DNA from: Flavobacteriales bacterium | Lineage (GTDB): Bacteria > Bacteroidota > Bacteroidia > Flavobacteriales > UBA7312 | Reading direction: 5' to 3' | DNA: 64,000 nt | NCBI GenBank assembly: GCA_965661505.1 | Contig: CBFIDX010000007.1 | Location: 20-64,019, forward strand | Shown here: piece by piece, positions 52,405 to 61,040 of the stretch | Layout: the number at the start of each line of letters is the position of its first letter | How positions within the stretch are numbered: position 1 is the first letter of the stretch | Notes under the pieces: generated by a model | The model's database searches: none | The model's input: the letters and a program-made list of their open reading frames with translations, nothing else | What the model was told of the DNA's origin: nothing | Program-made: the position numbers and the translations under genes

Positions 52405-53619
52405 TTAGTAAGTTCCAGCAGTCCAGCCAGAGAACTCAGACGTATTTGCTCCGCCAGATGTTCCTAATGAAGCATTAAAGTTTGTACTGTTGCCTGTTTG
52501 ATCATCACAGATGTCAGCTACAGTAAGGTTACAAGCGTCACCCATTTCATTTGCAGCAGGTAGGTGTGTAACATTAAAGATGATATTTGAAAAAGTAAGG
52601 TTAGCAGTTGAGCTACCCCCGTCAATTTCAAAATCAGAACCGCAAGAGAAACTATGGAAATAAACATTACTCATGCTTCCCATCGCTTCTTTTCTAAAAT
52701 CTGCGTATTCTCCGTTAATTGATTCGTCGTCGTAGCCCATCATTGTTGCTCCATCAACAGTAAATAATCCATCCCACGACCCTTCAGGTCCATCAATTTC
52801 AAAGGCGTGATCAGATTCAGCATCAGCGATACCTACAATGTTAGTAATGGTTCCATTGTATGATTGATCGATATCAAAAGCGTCGTCACCTTGGCTGTGT
52901 ACAGCAAGATGAGAAGCATCTACACTACCACCAAAGAATTCAATACCATCATCAACATTTGCTACTACTTCAACGTGATGAATTTCAGTGCCAGAACCAA
53001 CACCACCTAAAGTAAGACCGTTGATTTCGTTTCCTTCACCTAAAAGTGTTCCACCATGACGAATTTGCACATACTTGAATACACCTGAGTTATCAGCATC
53101 ATTTGTTCCACCGTACAATCCATTTGTATCGTCAGCAGGAATTCCCTCAATTTGAACGGCTTCAGCATCAGCTGAAATACCAGCATTACCTAAGATTATA
53201 ACACCACCCCATAATCCTTTGTATGAAGGGTCTAGGTTTGCGAATCCTGGGTATGAGGAATGGTTTCTTGTGATTTCGTCTGCAGATGAAGTGAAGATAA
53301 TTGGTTCAGAGGCTGTTCCATTCGCAAATACTTTACCACCTCTGGCAACAATAAATGCGCAAGCATTAGCTTCTTGTCCCGCATTGGCTTTAATTACCGT
53401 TCCTGCTTCGATTGTTAACTCAACACCGCTAGGTACAACAACGCGTCCATCTAATGTGTACACATTATCAGAAGTCCATGTCGTGTTTTCTGTAATAACT
53501 CCTGAATATGTTGTTACAGGGGTTGGTACAATTGGATCATCGTCACCATCACTACCTCCGCAGGCTGCTAAAGAAAAGATAGCTAGAAATGCCGAAAGTT
53601 TTAAAATTGTCTTTTTCAT
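52405..53619 (-). CDS. Surface lipoprotein with beta-helix-like repeats (non-SusD partner of TonB receptor)
   Basis: Lipobox LAAC then acidic SDGDDD; LTIEAGT, PIIFTS, WGGVIILG, NEINGLTLGGVGSGT, DDGIEFFGG, DDAFDID. Confidence 0.8.
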   Translation of the reverse strand: MKKTILKLSAFLAIFSLAACGGSDGDDDPIVPTPVTTYSGVITENTTWTSDNVYTLDGRVVVPSGVELTIEAGTVIKANAGQEANACAFIVARGGKVFANGTASEPIIFTSSADEITRNHSSYPGFANLDPSYKGLWGGVIILGNAGISADAEAVQIEGIPADDTNGLYGGTNDADNSGVFKYVQIRHGGTLLGEGNEINGLTLGGVGSGTEIHHVEVVANVDDGIEFFGGSVDASHLAVHSQGDDAFDIDQSYNGTITNIVGIADAESDHAFEIDGPEGSWDGLFTVDGATMMGYDDESINGEYADFRKEAMGSMSNVYFHSFSCGSDFEIDGGSSTANLTFSNIIFNVTHLPAANEMGDACNLTVADICDDQTGNSTNFNASLGTSGGANTSEFSGWTAGTY

Positions 53620-53665
53620 TTTTTATAGATTGATTAGTTAGTTATGGTGCAAAAGAAGTGTACTA

Positions 53666-53727
53666 ATGTTAAAAAAGCGTGTTCAGTTGTTTAATTTTTT
53701 AAGAACTTAACATTAACTAAACGTTAA
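53666..53727 (-). promoter_or_regulatory. Phased candidate Pho-box half-sites upstream of the lipoprotein
   Basis: Plus strand ATGTTAA 53666, TGTTTAA 53688, ACATTAA 53710, ACGTTAA 53721 (offsets are multiples of 11). Confidence 0.4.
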
Positions 53728-54388
53728 GAGGCATTTTATACCCTACACCTTTTATTGTGTTGATGCAATTGTAACCTAGAACTTTTCGAATGCTATTGAT
53801 GTGAACATCTACTGTCCTTTCGGTAACAAAAATATTTTCACCCCAGACTTCTTTAAATATTTTCTTTCTTGAAAACACTGCTCCAGGGTTGGAAGCTAGT
53901 AATGAGAAAATCAAAAATTGTTTTTTTGATATGTTGTATTCTTTATTTTCTTTTTTTATTGTGTGTGAATTGAAATCGACAGTGTATTCTCCAATATTTA
54001 TAGAATCAACTTTTGAAGTTTTATTATCCTTGATTCTATTTAAAGCTTTGATTTTTTTGGTGAATATTTTTGGATGAATTGGCTTTGTTATATAGTCATT
54101 GCATCCTGCATCAAAAGCAGCTAGTTTAGTGTAATTTTCTGATCTAGCAGATAACATTATGATAATATTATCATTGTATCCTCGACGTCTTATTTCGAAG
54201 CAAGTTTCTACACCATCCATGCCAGGCATCATTATGTCAAGAACTACTACGTCAGGATTATATTCTTTGATTTTTGTAATAGCTTCTAAGCCATCTTTGG
54301 CGGTAATGACATTTATATTCTCCTCTCTTAGATTATAAGAGATAAACTCCCTAATATCAGGGTCGTCATCTGCAATTAAAACATTCAT
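53717..54388 (-). CDS. OmpR/PhoB-family response regulator (second, divergent copy)
   Basis: IADDD, LDIMMPGMDG, DYITKP, RTVDVHI..IRK, TIKGVGY. Confidence 0.92.
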   Translation of the reverse strand: MNVLIADDDPDIREFISYNLREENINVITAKDGLEAITKIKEYNPDVVVLDIMMPGMDGVETCFEIRRRGYNDNIIIMLSARSENYTKLAAFDAGCNDYITKPIHPKIFTKKIKALNRIKDNKTSKVDSINIGEYTVDFNSHTIKKENKEYNISKKQFLIFSLLASNPGAVFSRKKIFKEVWGENIFVTERTVDVHINSIRKVLGYNCINTIKGVGYKMPLNV

Positions 54389-54420
54389 CTGGTTAAATTT
54401 TTAACAAAAATAATTTGTGA

Positions 54421-54460
54421 ATGTTTGCTTTGTGTTAAATAGAAATAATTTTAATGTAAA
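54421..54460 (-). promoter_or_regulatory. Candidate Pho-box half-sites upstream of the second regulator
   Basis: Plus strand ATGTTTG 54421, GTGTTAA 54432, ATGTAAA 54454; -7 element TATTTTTG at 54405-54412. Confidence 0.4.
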
Positions 54461-54506
54461 TTTATGCTTGTTAAATCATTTTGGTAATTTCTTAGAATTT
54501 TGAAAT

Positions 54507-55463
54507 TTAAAATTGATAAGAAACATTAAGAAATAATGTTTCATTAGAGTATGATTCATTATCTTTTGTTGAGCTGCGATAAGTTAAAGCAGTTTTTATA
54601 CCTTCTGTAAGTTCTTTTTCAACACCAACAATAATGTAGGTGCCATCATGAGTTATATTCCAGTCATTTTCGGAAGTAATTTCGTCATACCTAGCCAAAA
54701 TAGAAATTTGTCTCTCAATTTGATAAGAAGCGTACAAAGAAGTTGATTTAATGGATTGATCTACAGTATTTTGACTGCCATTTTGCAAATTAAACTCAAA
54801 GCCAAGATTAAACTTACTATCTCCGTAAGAAATAGAGGCAGATGAAGTTTCTTCGTTTACATCTTTGTTTGAATATGTTGTTCTTGGAGAAACCTCTTGT
54901 TGAATTCTTAAGGAAAGATTTTCTGAGGCTACAAAAGTAATACCAATACCGCCAGTATTTTTTCCATCAATATTATTTGTAAAACGTACCCCTTCTCCAT
55001 TTAAAACATGTAAATCAAGACTTAAATTTGAATTAATAGAGTAACAAATTTCTGCCCCCAAATCGACAATAGGTATCCAATCATTTTTACCCATTATTGA
55101 CGGATCTATGTATCTAAATCCCCAACTTTTATCTAAAAACTTATAGTGAGTAGACTTGAACTGGCCAAATTTGAAAGCAAATTTATCATTGATATTCCAA
55201 TTTATATTTGCCTCTCTTACTACTGTTGATAAATTATTTCCATTGATTACAGGTGTTGCATTCAAAATTATTGTCGAAAAAAAATGATCGTTGAAAACAT
55301 GTTTTGTTCCGATAAAAACACGATTAAATTTAAACGATTTTGTTAAAGTTTTTTCATTAGATAGGTCTGTGCTAACATGTGAAAAAACTTGTCCGTTTAA
55401 AGTGTTTTGAGCAACTGCCGAAAAAATCGAGAAAACAAATAATATAGTTAAAGTAAATTGCAT
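54507..55463 (-). CDS. Outer-membrane porin (phosphate-selective porin-like)
   Basis: Signal peptide, FNRVFIG, FGQF, DLG, NGEG, ARYD, C-terminal YQF. Confidence 0.65.
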   Translation of the reverse strand: MQFTLTILFVFSIFSAVAQNTLNGQVFSHVSTDLSNEKTLTKSFKFNRVFIGTKHVFNDHFFSTIILNATPVINGNNLSTVVREANINWNINDKFAFKFGQFKSTHYKFLDKSWGFRYIDPSIMGKNDWIPIVDLGAEICYSINSNLSLDLHVLNGEGVRFTNNIDGKNTGGIGITFVASENLSLRIQQEVSPRTTYSNKDVNEETSSASISYGDSKFNLGFEFNLQNGSQNTVDQSIKSTSLYASYQIERQISILARYDEITSENDWNITHDGTYIIVGVEKELTEGIKTALTYRSSTKDNESYSNETLFLNVSYQF

Positions 55464-55512
55464 GATTTTTTTTGCTAATATAATTTATATTTGTCAAGAT
55501 ATTTATTGTAGT

Positions 55513-56184
55513 ATGAGTGTTAAGGTTTTAGTTGTTGATGATGAACAAGACATTTTAGAGTTTGTTAAATATAATCTTGACAAAGAAGGTTATAATGTTA
55601 AAACAGCTTTTAATGGTGTAGATGCTATTGAAGAAGCAAAGAAATTTGTTCCTGATTTAGTCATTCTTGATGTAATGATGCCTGGCATGGATGGAATAAC
55701 CACTTGTGAAAAACTTAAATCAATTGATAAATTATCTGAAACTATTATCACATTCTTAACAGCACGCTCAGAAGACTATTCGCAGATTGCTGGGTTAGAT
55801 TCTGGAGCAGATGACTACATTACCAAACCCATTAGACCTCGATTATTGCTAAGCCGCGTAAAGGCATTGTTAAGAAGGAAATCAGACAATCAAAGTTTAA
55901 GTGTTATCGAGGTTGGTGATATAGTTCTTGATGTCGAAAAGCATACCGTAAAGTACAAGAATGATTTCGTTTCACTTGCAAAAAAAGAGTTTATGTTATT
56001 ACAGCTTTTACTTTCTAGACCGGGAAAGGTGTTTGCAAGACAAGAAATATTAAATGACGTTTGGGGTACTGATGTAATTGTTGGAGATAGAACGATTGAT
56101 GTACACATAAGAAAGCTAAGATCTAAAATAAATGATAACTATTTCAAAACAGTAAAAGGGGTAGGATATAAATTCGAATGTTAA
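55513..56184 (+). CDS. phoB: PhoB/PhoP-like response regulator
   Basis: VVDDE, LDVMMP, FLTARSEDYSQIAG, DDYITKP, VGDRTIDVHIRKLR; TATATTTG promoter at 55486-55493; adjacent PhoR-like kinase. Confidence 0.8.
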   Translation: MSVKVLVVDDEQDILEFVKYNLDKEGYNVKTAFNGVDAIEEAKKFVPDLVILDVMMPGMDGITTCEKLKSIDKLSETIITFLTARSEDYSQIAGLDSGADDYITKPIRPRLLLSRVKALLRRKSDNQSLSVIEVGDIVLDVEKHTVKYKNDFVSLAKKEFMLLQLLLSRPGKVFARQEILNDVWGTDVIVGDRTIDVHIRKLRSKINDNYFKTVKGVGYKFEC

Positions 56185-57212
56185 TGAAGTTTACTACTCC
56201 AAAATCAATTTCTCTTTTTACTTCTTTATTACTAGCAACTATAGTTACCACTTTTTTTTCATTATCAAATCTTCTTCTTGATAAATTCGATTTGCTTCAA
56301 TCATTTTTGATTTTTGTAATAACAGTTCTTTTTGGAAGGATTGTTTTAAGCATAGTTTTGAGGAAGTTTATATATGATAAAGTAAAGGTTGTTTACAAAA
56401 CAATCCTTAGCCAAAAAGGATCCTCTGATAACATCATTCCTGATTTAGAAAAAGTTAATAATGATGTATACGAAGCATTAACGAATAGACAGACGGAATT
56501 TGAGGAGTTAAAAAAAATGGAATCGTTCAGGCGTGAGTTTGTTGGAAATGTCTCTCATGAGTTAAAAACACCAATTTTTAATATGCAAGGATTTATATAT
56601 ACCCTACTTGACGGTGCTATTTATGATGAGGAAGTAAATATAAAGTATCTCAAAAGAGCTGCAAAATCTATTGATAGAATGATTTCTATTGTGGACGATC
56701 TAGATGTAATTAGTAAAATTGAGGCTAACCAACATAGTATTGAGCTCACAGATTGGGATATTGTTGCATTGCTTGAAGAAATAATTGAGCAACTTGAAAT
56801 GAAGAGTAAGCAAAAAAACATTATAATTGAGATAAAAGAAGGCTTTACCTCTTCTTCAGTATTTGCAGACAGAGATCATATTCATCACGTAGTTACAAAT
56901 CTTTTAGTAAACTCGATTAAATATGGTAAGGAGGGAGGAGTCACAGAAGTTCGATTGTTTCATATGGGCGATAATTTTCTCATTGAAATTGCAGATAATG
57001 GCATAGGTATTGCTCAAGAACATTTGTCAAGATTATTTGAACGATTTTATAGAGTCGATAAATCTAGATCTAGAGGACAAGGAGGAACCGGTTTAGGTTT
57101 GTCCATTGTTAAACATATCATAGAAAGCCATGGGCAAACTATTAACGTTAGAAGTACTGAAGGTGTCGGCACAACTTTTGGATTTACACTTGCAAAGTCA
57201 AAATTAAACTAA
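56184..57212 (+). CDS. phoR: PhoR-like sensor histidine kinase
   Basis: Two TM helices, EFVGNVSHELKTP, NSIKY, DNGIGI, FERFYRVDKSRSR, GGTGLGL. Confidence 0.8.
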   Translation: MKFTTPKSISLFTSLLLATIVTTFFSLSNLLLDKFDLLQSFLIFVITVLFGRIVLSIVLRKFIYDKVKVVYKTILSQKGSSDNIIPDLEKVNNDVYEALTNRQTEFEELKKMESFRREFVGNVSHELKTPIFNMQGFIYTLLDGAIYDEEVNIKYLKRAAKSIDRMISIVDDLDVISKIEANQHSIELTDWDIVALLEEIIEQLEMKSKQKNIIIEIKEGFTSSSVFADRDHIHHVVTNLLVNSIKYGKEGGVTEVRLFHMGDNFLIEIADNGIGIAQEHLSRLFERFYRVDKSRSRGQGGTGLGLSIVKHIIESHGQTINVRSTEGVGTTFGFTLAKSKLN

Positions 57213-57268
57213 CATTTTTCTGTTAATTCTTTTTCTGTGTAGAATGATTAAAATGGATTCTAATTGCT

Positions 57269-57709
57269 ATGTTTATCATAGTGAAAAATTATGATCGCAT
57301 ATCTGCTGGAGGCCTTGTTATCAATAATAACAATGAGTTTTTGCTTATTCAAAGAAAAGGAAAATGGGATTTGCCCAAAGGTAGATTAGAAACTAATGAG
57401 AATTTGTTAGAGACAGCAAAAAGAGAAATTTCAGAAGAAACAGGCTTAGAAGAAAAGTTTTTAAATCTAATAAGTAAGCTTGATCCTACTGTCTACACTA
57501 AAAAACAACAACTAAGACAAGCTAATTGGTTTCTTTTTCGATACGAGGATGCAAATGCGTATTTATTTCCACAGACTTCTGAAGGAATAACGATGTGTAA
57601 ATGGGTAAGTCAAGATTTAATTCCCTATTACTTTTCAAACATGAGAAATTATTCGAAAAAAGTACTCTTGGAATACAATCGATTATACACACAAAAGTTA
57701 GCTATATAG
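57269..57709 (+). CDS. NUDIX hydrolase
   Basis: WDLPKG..E..AKREISEETGL Nudix box. Confidence 0.88.
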   Translation: MFIIVKNYDRISAGGLVINNNNEFLLIQRKGKWDLPKGRLETNENLLETAKREISEETGLEEKFLNLISKLDPTVYTKKQQLRQANWFLFRYEDANAYLFPQTSEGITMCKWVSQDLIPYYFSNMRNYSKKVLLEYNRLYTQKLAI

Positions 57710-57840
57710 TTTTTGTATTTACCAAAGTTATAGTGTGGCATTTACCGAAAGATGATTATTGTTAAAAATCAAAACACAATCAAGATAGTTTTGTTGAAAT
57801 TCAAAAGCAATTAAAAACAACCTAAATGTGAAAAAACATG

Positions 57841-58821
57841 CTAAAGGGAATAAATTTTCTGCTTTATGATTTCTGAAATATTGTTGTCAAAGGAAATTTT
57901 AACTGGTTTACTTTTTAGCCAGTTGTAAATTTTTTGTTCTGAAAGTTCATTTAAATGATGAACACTACCTATCCCCATTTTTTCTAACGCTATTGCATTA
58001 CACAACTGCTCGTATTGACCATTCAAAGGGATGACTATTAATCGTTTACCTAAAAACAAAGCTTCTGAAGGTGTTTCAAAGCCGGCATTGCATATAACTC
58101 CTTTTGAAGAGCTCATGCTTTTTGTAAACATCTGTTCGTCAATTGGAAAAAAAGTAATGTTATTTCTCTTAGTCTTTGAGCCTACTTCTTTTGTAAAAAT
58201 GTGAAAATTTACATCTTTCACTTTATTAAATAAATAGCTTAAATCATCCAATTCATACCAAGGTAGATATATTGTAATGTGATCTCCTTCTACAATTACT
58301 GATTTTAAAATTGATTCTTTTATTATTGGACCCGAAATAGTATCATCATAATTGTTAAAATGAAGACCTATGTAGTGATCGGTTGGAGCAAAATATTTCA
58401 AAATCCATTCAGCAATTATATTCTTATTTTTTGGCCTTGGTGTTTTTGGACTTAAAAAAGATGCTTGGTGACTAATTTGAATAGACGGTATCTTATTTCT
58501 TTTTGCCCCGTAGGCTGACAGAGGATCGAAATCAGAAACTATTAAGTCATAACTTTTGAAAGGGATGCTTTTCATATTACTAAAAAAACGAAAAAGATTA
58601 ATGTTTCTCAGTGTTTTGGAATAGCTAATGCGACCATTTATAGTTTTAAAAGAAATCCCATCAGAAGCATATTTTACAGGAAAGCATGGCTGTAAGCTAT
58701 AGTTGTTTCCAGAGATCAAAACATCAACATCATTACTTACTTCCTTAAGAACCGGGTAGATTGTAGATGCTTTACTAATATGTCCATTTCCAGTGCCTTG
58801 AATACCATACAAGATCTTCAT
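57841..58821 (-). CDS. Glycosyltransferase (MJ1255/VC2487-like, GT-B fold)
   Basis: MKILYGIQGTGNGH, SDFDP, ISHQ, CNAGFETPSEAL, GQYEQLCNA. Confidence 0.85.
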   Translation of the reverse strand: MKILYGIQGTGNGHISKASTIYPVLKEVSNDVDVLISGNNYSLQPCFPVKYASDGISFKTINGRISYSKTLRNINLFRFFSNMKSIPFKSYDLIVSDFDPLSAYGAKRNKIPSIQISHQASFLSPKTPRPKNKNIIAEWILKYFAPTDHYIGLHFNNYDDTISGPIIKESILKSVIVEGDHITIYLPWYELDDLSYLFNKVKDVNFHIFTKEVGSKTKRNNITFFPIDEQMFTKSMSSSKGVICNAGFETPSEALFLGKRLIVIPLNGQYEQLCNAIALEKMGIGSVHHLNELSEQKIYNWLKSKPVKISFDNNISEIIKQKIYSL

Positions 58822-59630
58822 ATTATTTCGTTTTGAATGAAGCTGATATCAGCTTTGTTAAGGGTTGTTTCAACAATGAAGTCTTCAAAGTTTTTAGGGT
58901 CGTATTGAAAAATAGTCCATTTTTCATCATTATACTCTAATGCAGTTAAACTTTCAACCCAATCGCCAGAGTTTATGTATTTGACCTTTCCCTTTTTTGT
59001 TTGTATATCTTTAATGATGGGTTGATGAATATGTCCGCAAGCAACAATATCGTATTTGTTATCCACAGCCATTTCTGCTATTGTTGTCTCAAAGTCATCA
59101 ATAAACTGAACTGCTTTCTTTACACTTTTTTTGATTTTTTTTGAGAAAGAAACTCTATCTTTTCCTAAGAACTCAAGCAATTGGTTTATGATTCTATTTA
59201 ATACTATCAACAGGTCATACCCCTTTCCTCCGAGTTTAGCTAGCCATTTTGTTGTTTTCATTGTGAAGTCATATATATCTCCATGAAATATCCAGATTTT
59301 TTTTCCATTCACTTTCAAAACAAGTTTATTGACGATGTTTAAGTTACCCATATTAATGGGTATAAATTTTCTTAATAGTTCATCATGATTTCCTGATACA
59401 TAATGTACCTTGGTTTTTTTACTCGAAAATTCAATAATTTTCTTGAGAACTTTCATATGAGATTTTGGCCAGTAACGCTTTTTAAATTGCCAAATATCAA
59501 TAATGTCCCCATTGAGGACTAACACCTTGGGTTTGATAGAGTTTAAATATTTTAACAACTCTTCTGCATGACAACCGTATGTTCCAAGATGTACGTCAGA
59601 AATTATTACTAATTCTACTCTTCTTTTCAT
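58818..59630 (-). CDS. plcP: PlcP-like metallophosphoesterase (LpxH-like family)
   Basis: SDVHLG, GDIIDIW, GNHDE, HGD, CGHIH, NSGDWVES; coupled to a glycosyltransferase within a Pho cluster. Confidence 0.7.
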   Translation of the reverse strand: MKRRVELVIISDVHLGTYGCHAEELLKYLNSIKPKVLVLNGDIIDIWQFKKRYWPKSHMKVLKKIIEFSSKKTKVHYVSGNHDELLRKFIPINMGNLNIVNKLVLKVNGKKIWIFHGDIYDFTMKTTKWLAKLGGKGYDLLIVLNRIINQLLEFLGKDRVSFSKKIKKSVKKAVQFIDDFETTIAEMAVDNKYDIVACGHIHQPIIKDIQTKKGKVKYINSGDWVESLTALEYNDEKWTIFQYDPKNFEDFIVETTLNKADISFIQNEII

Positions 59631-59661
59631 ATCTGCAATTTGTTGTATGTTACTTAACTAA

Positions 59662-59690
59662 AAGTTTGTAAAATGCTAATTTTATGTTAC
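59662..59690 (-). promoter_or_regulatory. Candidate Pho box upstream of the plcP-like gene
   Basis: Plus strand AAGTTTG 59662, ATGCTAA 59673, ATGTTAC 59684 (11-bp period). Confidence 0.45.
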
Positions 59691-59716
59691 CTAATCCGTT
59701 AGATATTTTAAATACC

Positions 59717-59734
59717 ATAACATTATTTTAACAT
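59717..59734 (+). promoter_or_regulatory. Candidate Pho box ATAACAT-N4-TTAACAT upstream of ppk2
   Basis: 11-bp direct repeat 30 nt upstream of TATATTTG (59765-59772). Confidence 0.55.
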
Positions 59735-59776
59735 TTGATTTACTATAACATTCTAAGCTCAATATATATTTGTTTT

Positions 59777-60616
59777 ATGGAATTTATAAAATACTTAAAT
59801 AGTGATTACACTGAGCTGACAGACTCTATTTATAGAGAAGAGAAGTTTAGGCTTCAAATTGAACTACTGAAACTACAAGAATGGATTGAAAAAAATAATA
59901 AAAGAGTTGCTATTATCTTTGAAGGAAGAGATGCCGCTGGTAAAGGTTCTACTATTAAAAGATTTATTGAAAACTTGAATCCAAGGAAGCTTAGAGTATT
60001 TGAATTAGGAGTGCCAACAAAAAAACAGAATAGATCATGGTTTAAAACACATGAGAGGATTATGCCAAAAGCTGGTGAAATGGTATTTTTTGACCGGTCT
60101 TGGTATTCTAGAGCAATGATACAACCCACAATGGGTTATTGCACAAAAAATCAGTACGAATATTTTATGAAGAATGTAATTGACTGGGAAGAGGAATTAA
60201 TCCGAGATGGAACTCACATAATAAAAATTTACCTCTCTGTTCAGAAACCTGTACAAAAACTTCGCTTTAAAATAAGAAAAGAGCATAAGTTAAAATATTG
60301 GAAACTCTCAAAAAACGATCTAAAAACATTAGGAAAATGGGAAGAATACACTTATTACAAAAATAGAATGTTTGAATTTTGTTCTTCCGAAAAATCTCCT
60401 TGGATCATCATTAACTCAAACAATAAAATGATTGCTCGTTTAAATGCTATGCGTTATGTGCTGAGGCAATTCAGTTATGATGGTAAAATTGATTTAGAAA
60501 ATGAAAATTGGTCTGTAAACTACGATCAAAATGACTTAACTCTTTTTGGAGTTTACTTCGACAATCTTTCAGTTGAACAATACACATTACTTAATAAATT
60601 AAAGTCTTATGAATAA
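59777..60616 (+). CDS. ppk2: Polyphosphate kinase 2
   Basis: LQIELLKLQ, FEGRDAAGKG (Walker A), FDRSWY, WKLS..D. Confidence 0.9.
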   Translation: MEFIKYLNSDYTELTDSIYREEKFRLQIELLKLQEWIEKNNKRVAIIFEGRDAAGKGSTIKRFIENLNPRKLRVFELGVPTKKQNRSWFKTHERIMPKAGEMVFFDRSWYSRAMIQPTMGYCTKNQYEYFMKNVIDWEEELIRDGTHIIKIYLSVQKPVQKLRFKIRKEHKLKYWKLSKNDLKTLGKWEEYTYYKNRMFEFCSSEKSPWIIINSNNKMIARLNAMRYVLRQFSYDGKIDLENENWSVNYDQNDLTLFGVYFDNLSVEQYTLLNKLKSYE

Positions 60617-61040
60617 AATTCAATCTTGTGGTGGTCTTGTTGTTAATGAAAAGCATCAATTGCTTTTGATTTATAAAAAAAATAGATGGGACTTGCCAAA
60701 AGGAAAAAAAGAAAACTTTCAGTCTCATAAAGAGACCGCACTCAGAGAAGTTTCAGAAGAAACGGGTCTTAATGTAAATGGAATTGATCAACTCACTGAG
60801 TTAATTCCAACACATCACTATACAAGATGTGAAGGAAATAAGGTGTTAAAAGAAACGATTTGGTATTACATGAAATATAAGGGTGACAGTTTTAAGCTTA
60901 AGCCTCAAGAAGTAGAAGGCATTATTCATGCTAAATGGGTGCCAATATGGAAGCTCAATGAATACCTTCAGTACGCTCCTTTAAGAATACAATACATAGT
61001 AGACTTTTTTCTCAAGAATATATATTATCCTACAAAATGA
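60609..61040 (+). CDS. NUDIX hydrolase
   Basis: WDLPKG..E..ALREVSEETGL; PQEVEGI. Confidence 0.88.
   Translation: MNKIQSCGGLVVNEKHQLLLIYKKNRWDLPKGKKENFQSHKETALREVSEETGLNVNGIDQLTELIPTHHYTRCEGNKVLKETIWYYMKYKGDSFKLKPQEVEGIIHAKWVPIWKLNEYLQYAPLRIQYIVDFFLKNIYYPTK

Noticed and set aside
57752-57814. 20-codon ORF MIIVKNQNTIKIVLLKFKSN echoing the upstream NUDIX N-terminus
   Set aside because: The similarity is only about 5 residues in AT-rich DNA and there is no promoter, so it is likely chance.
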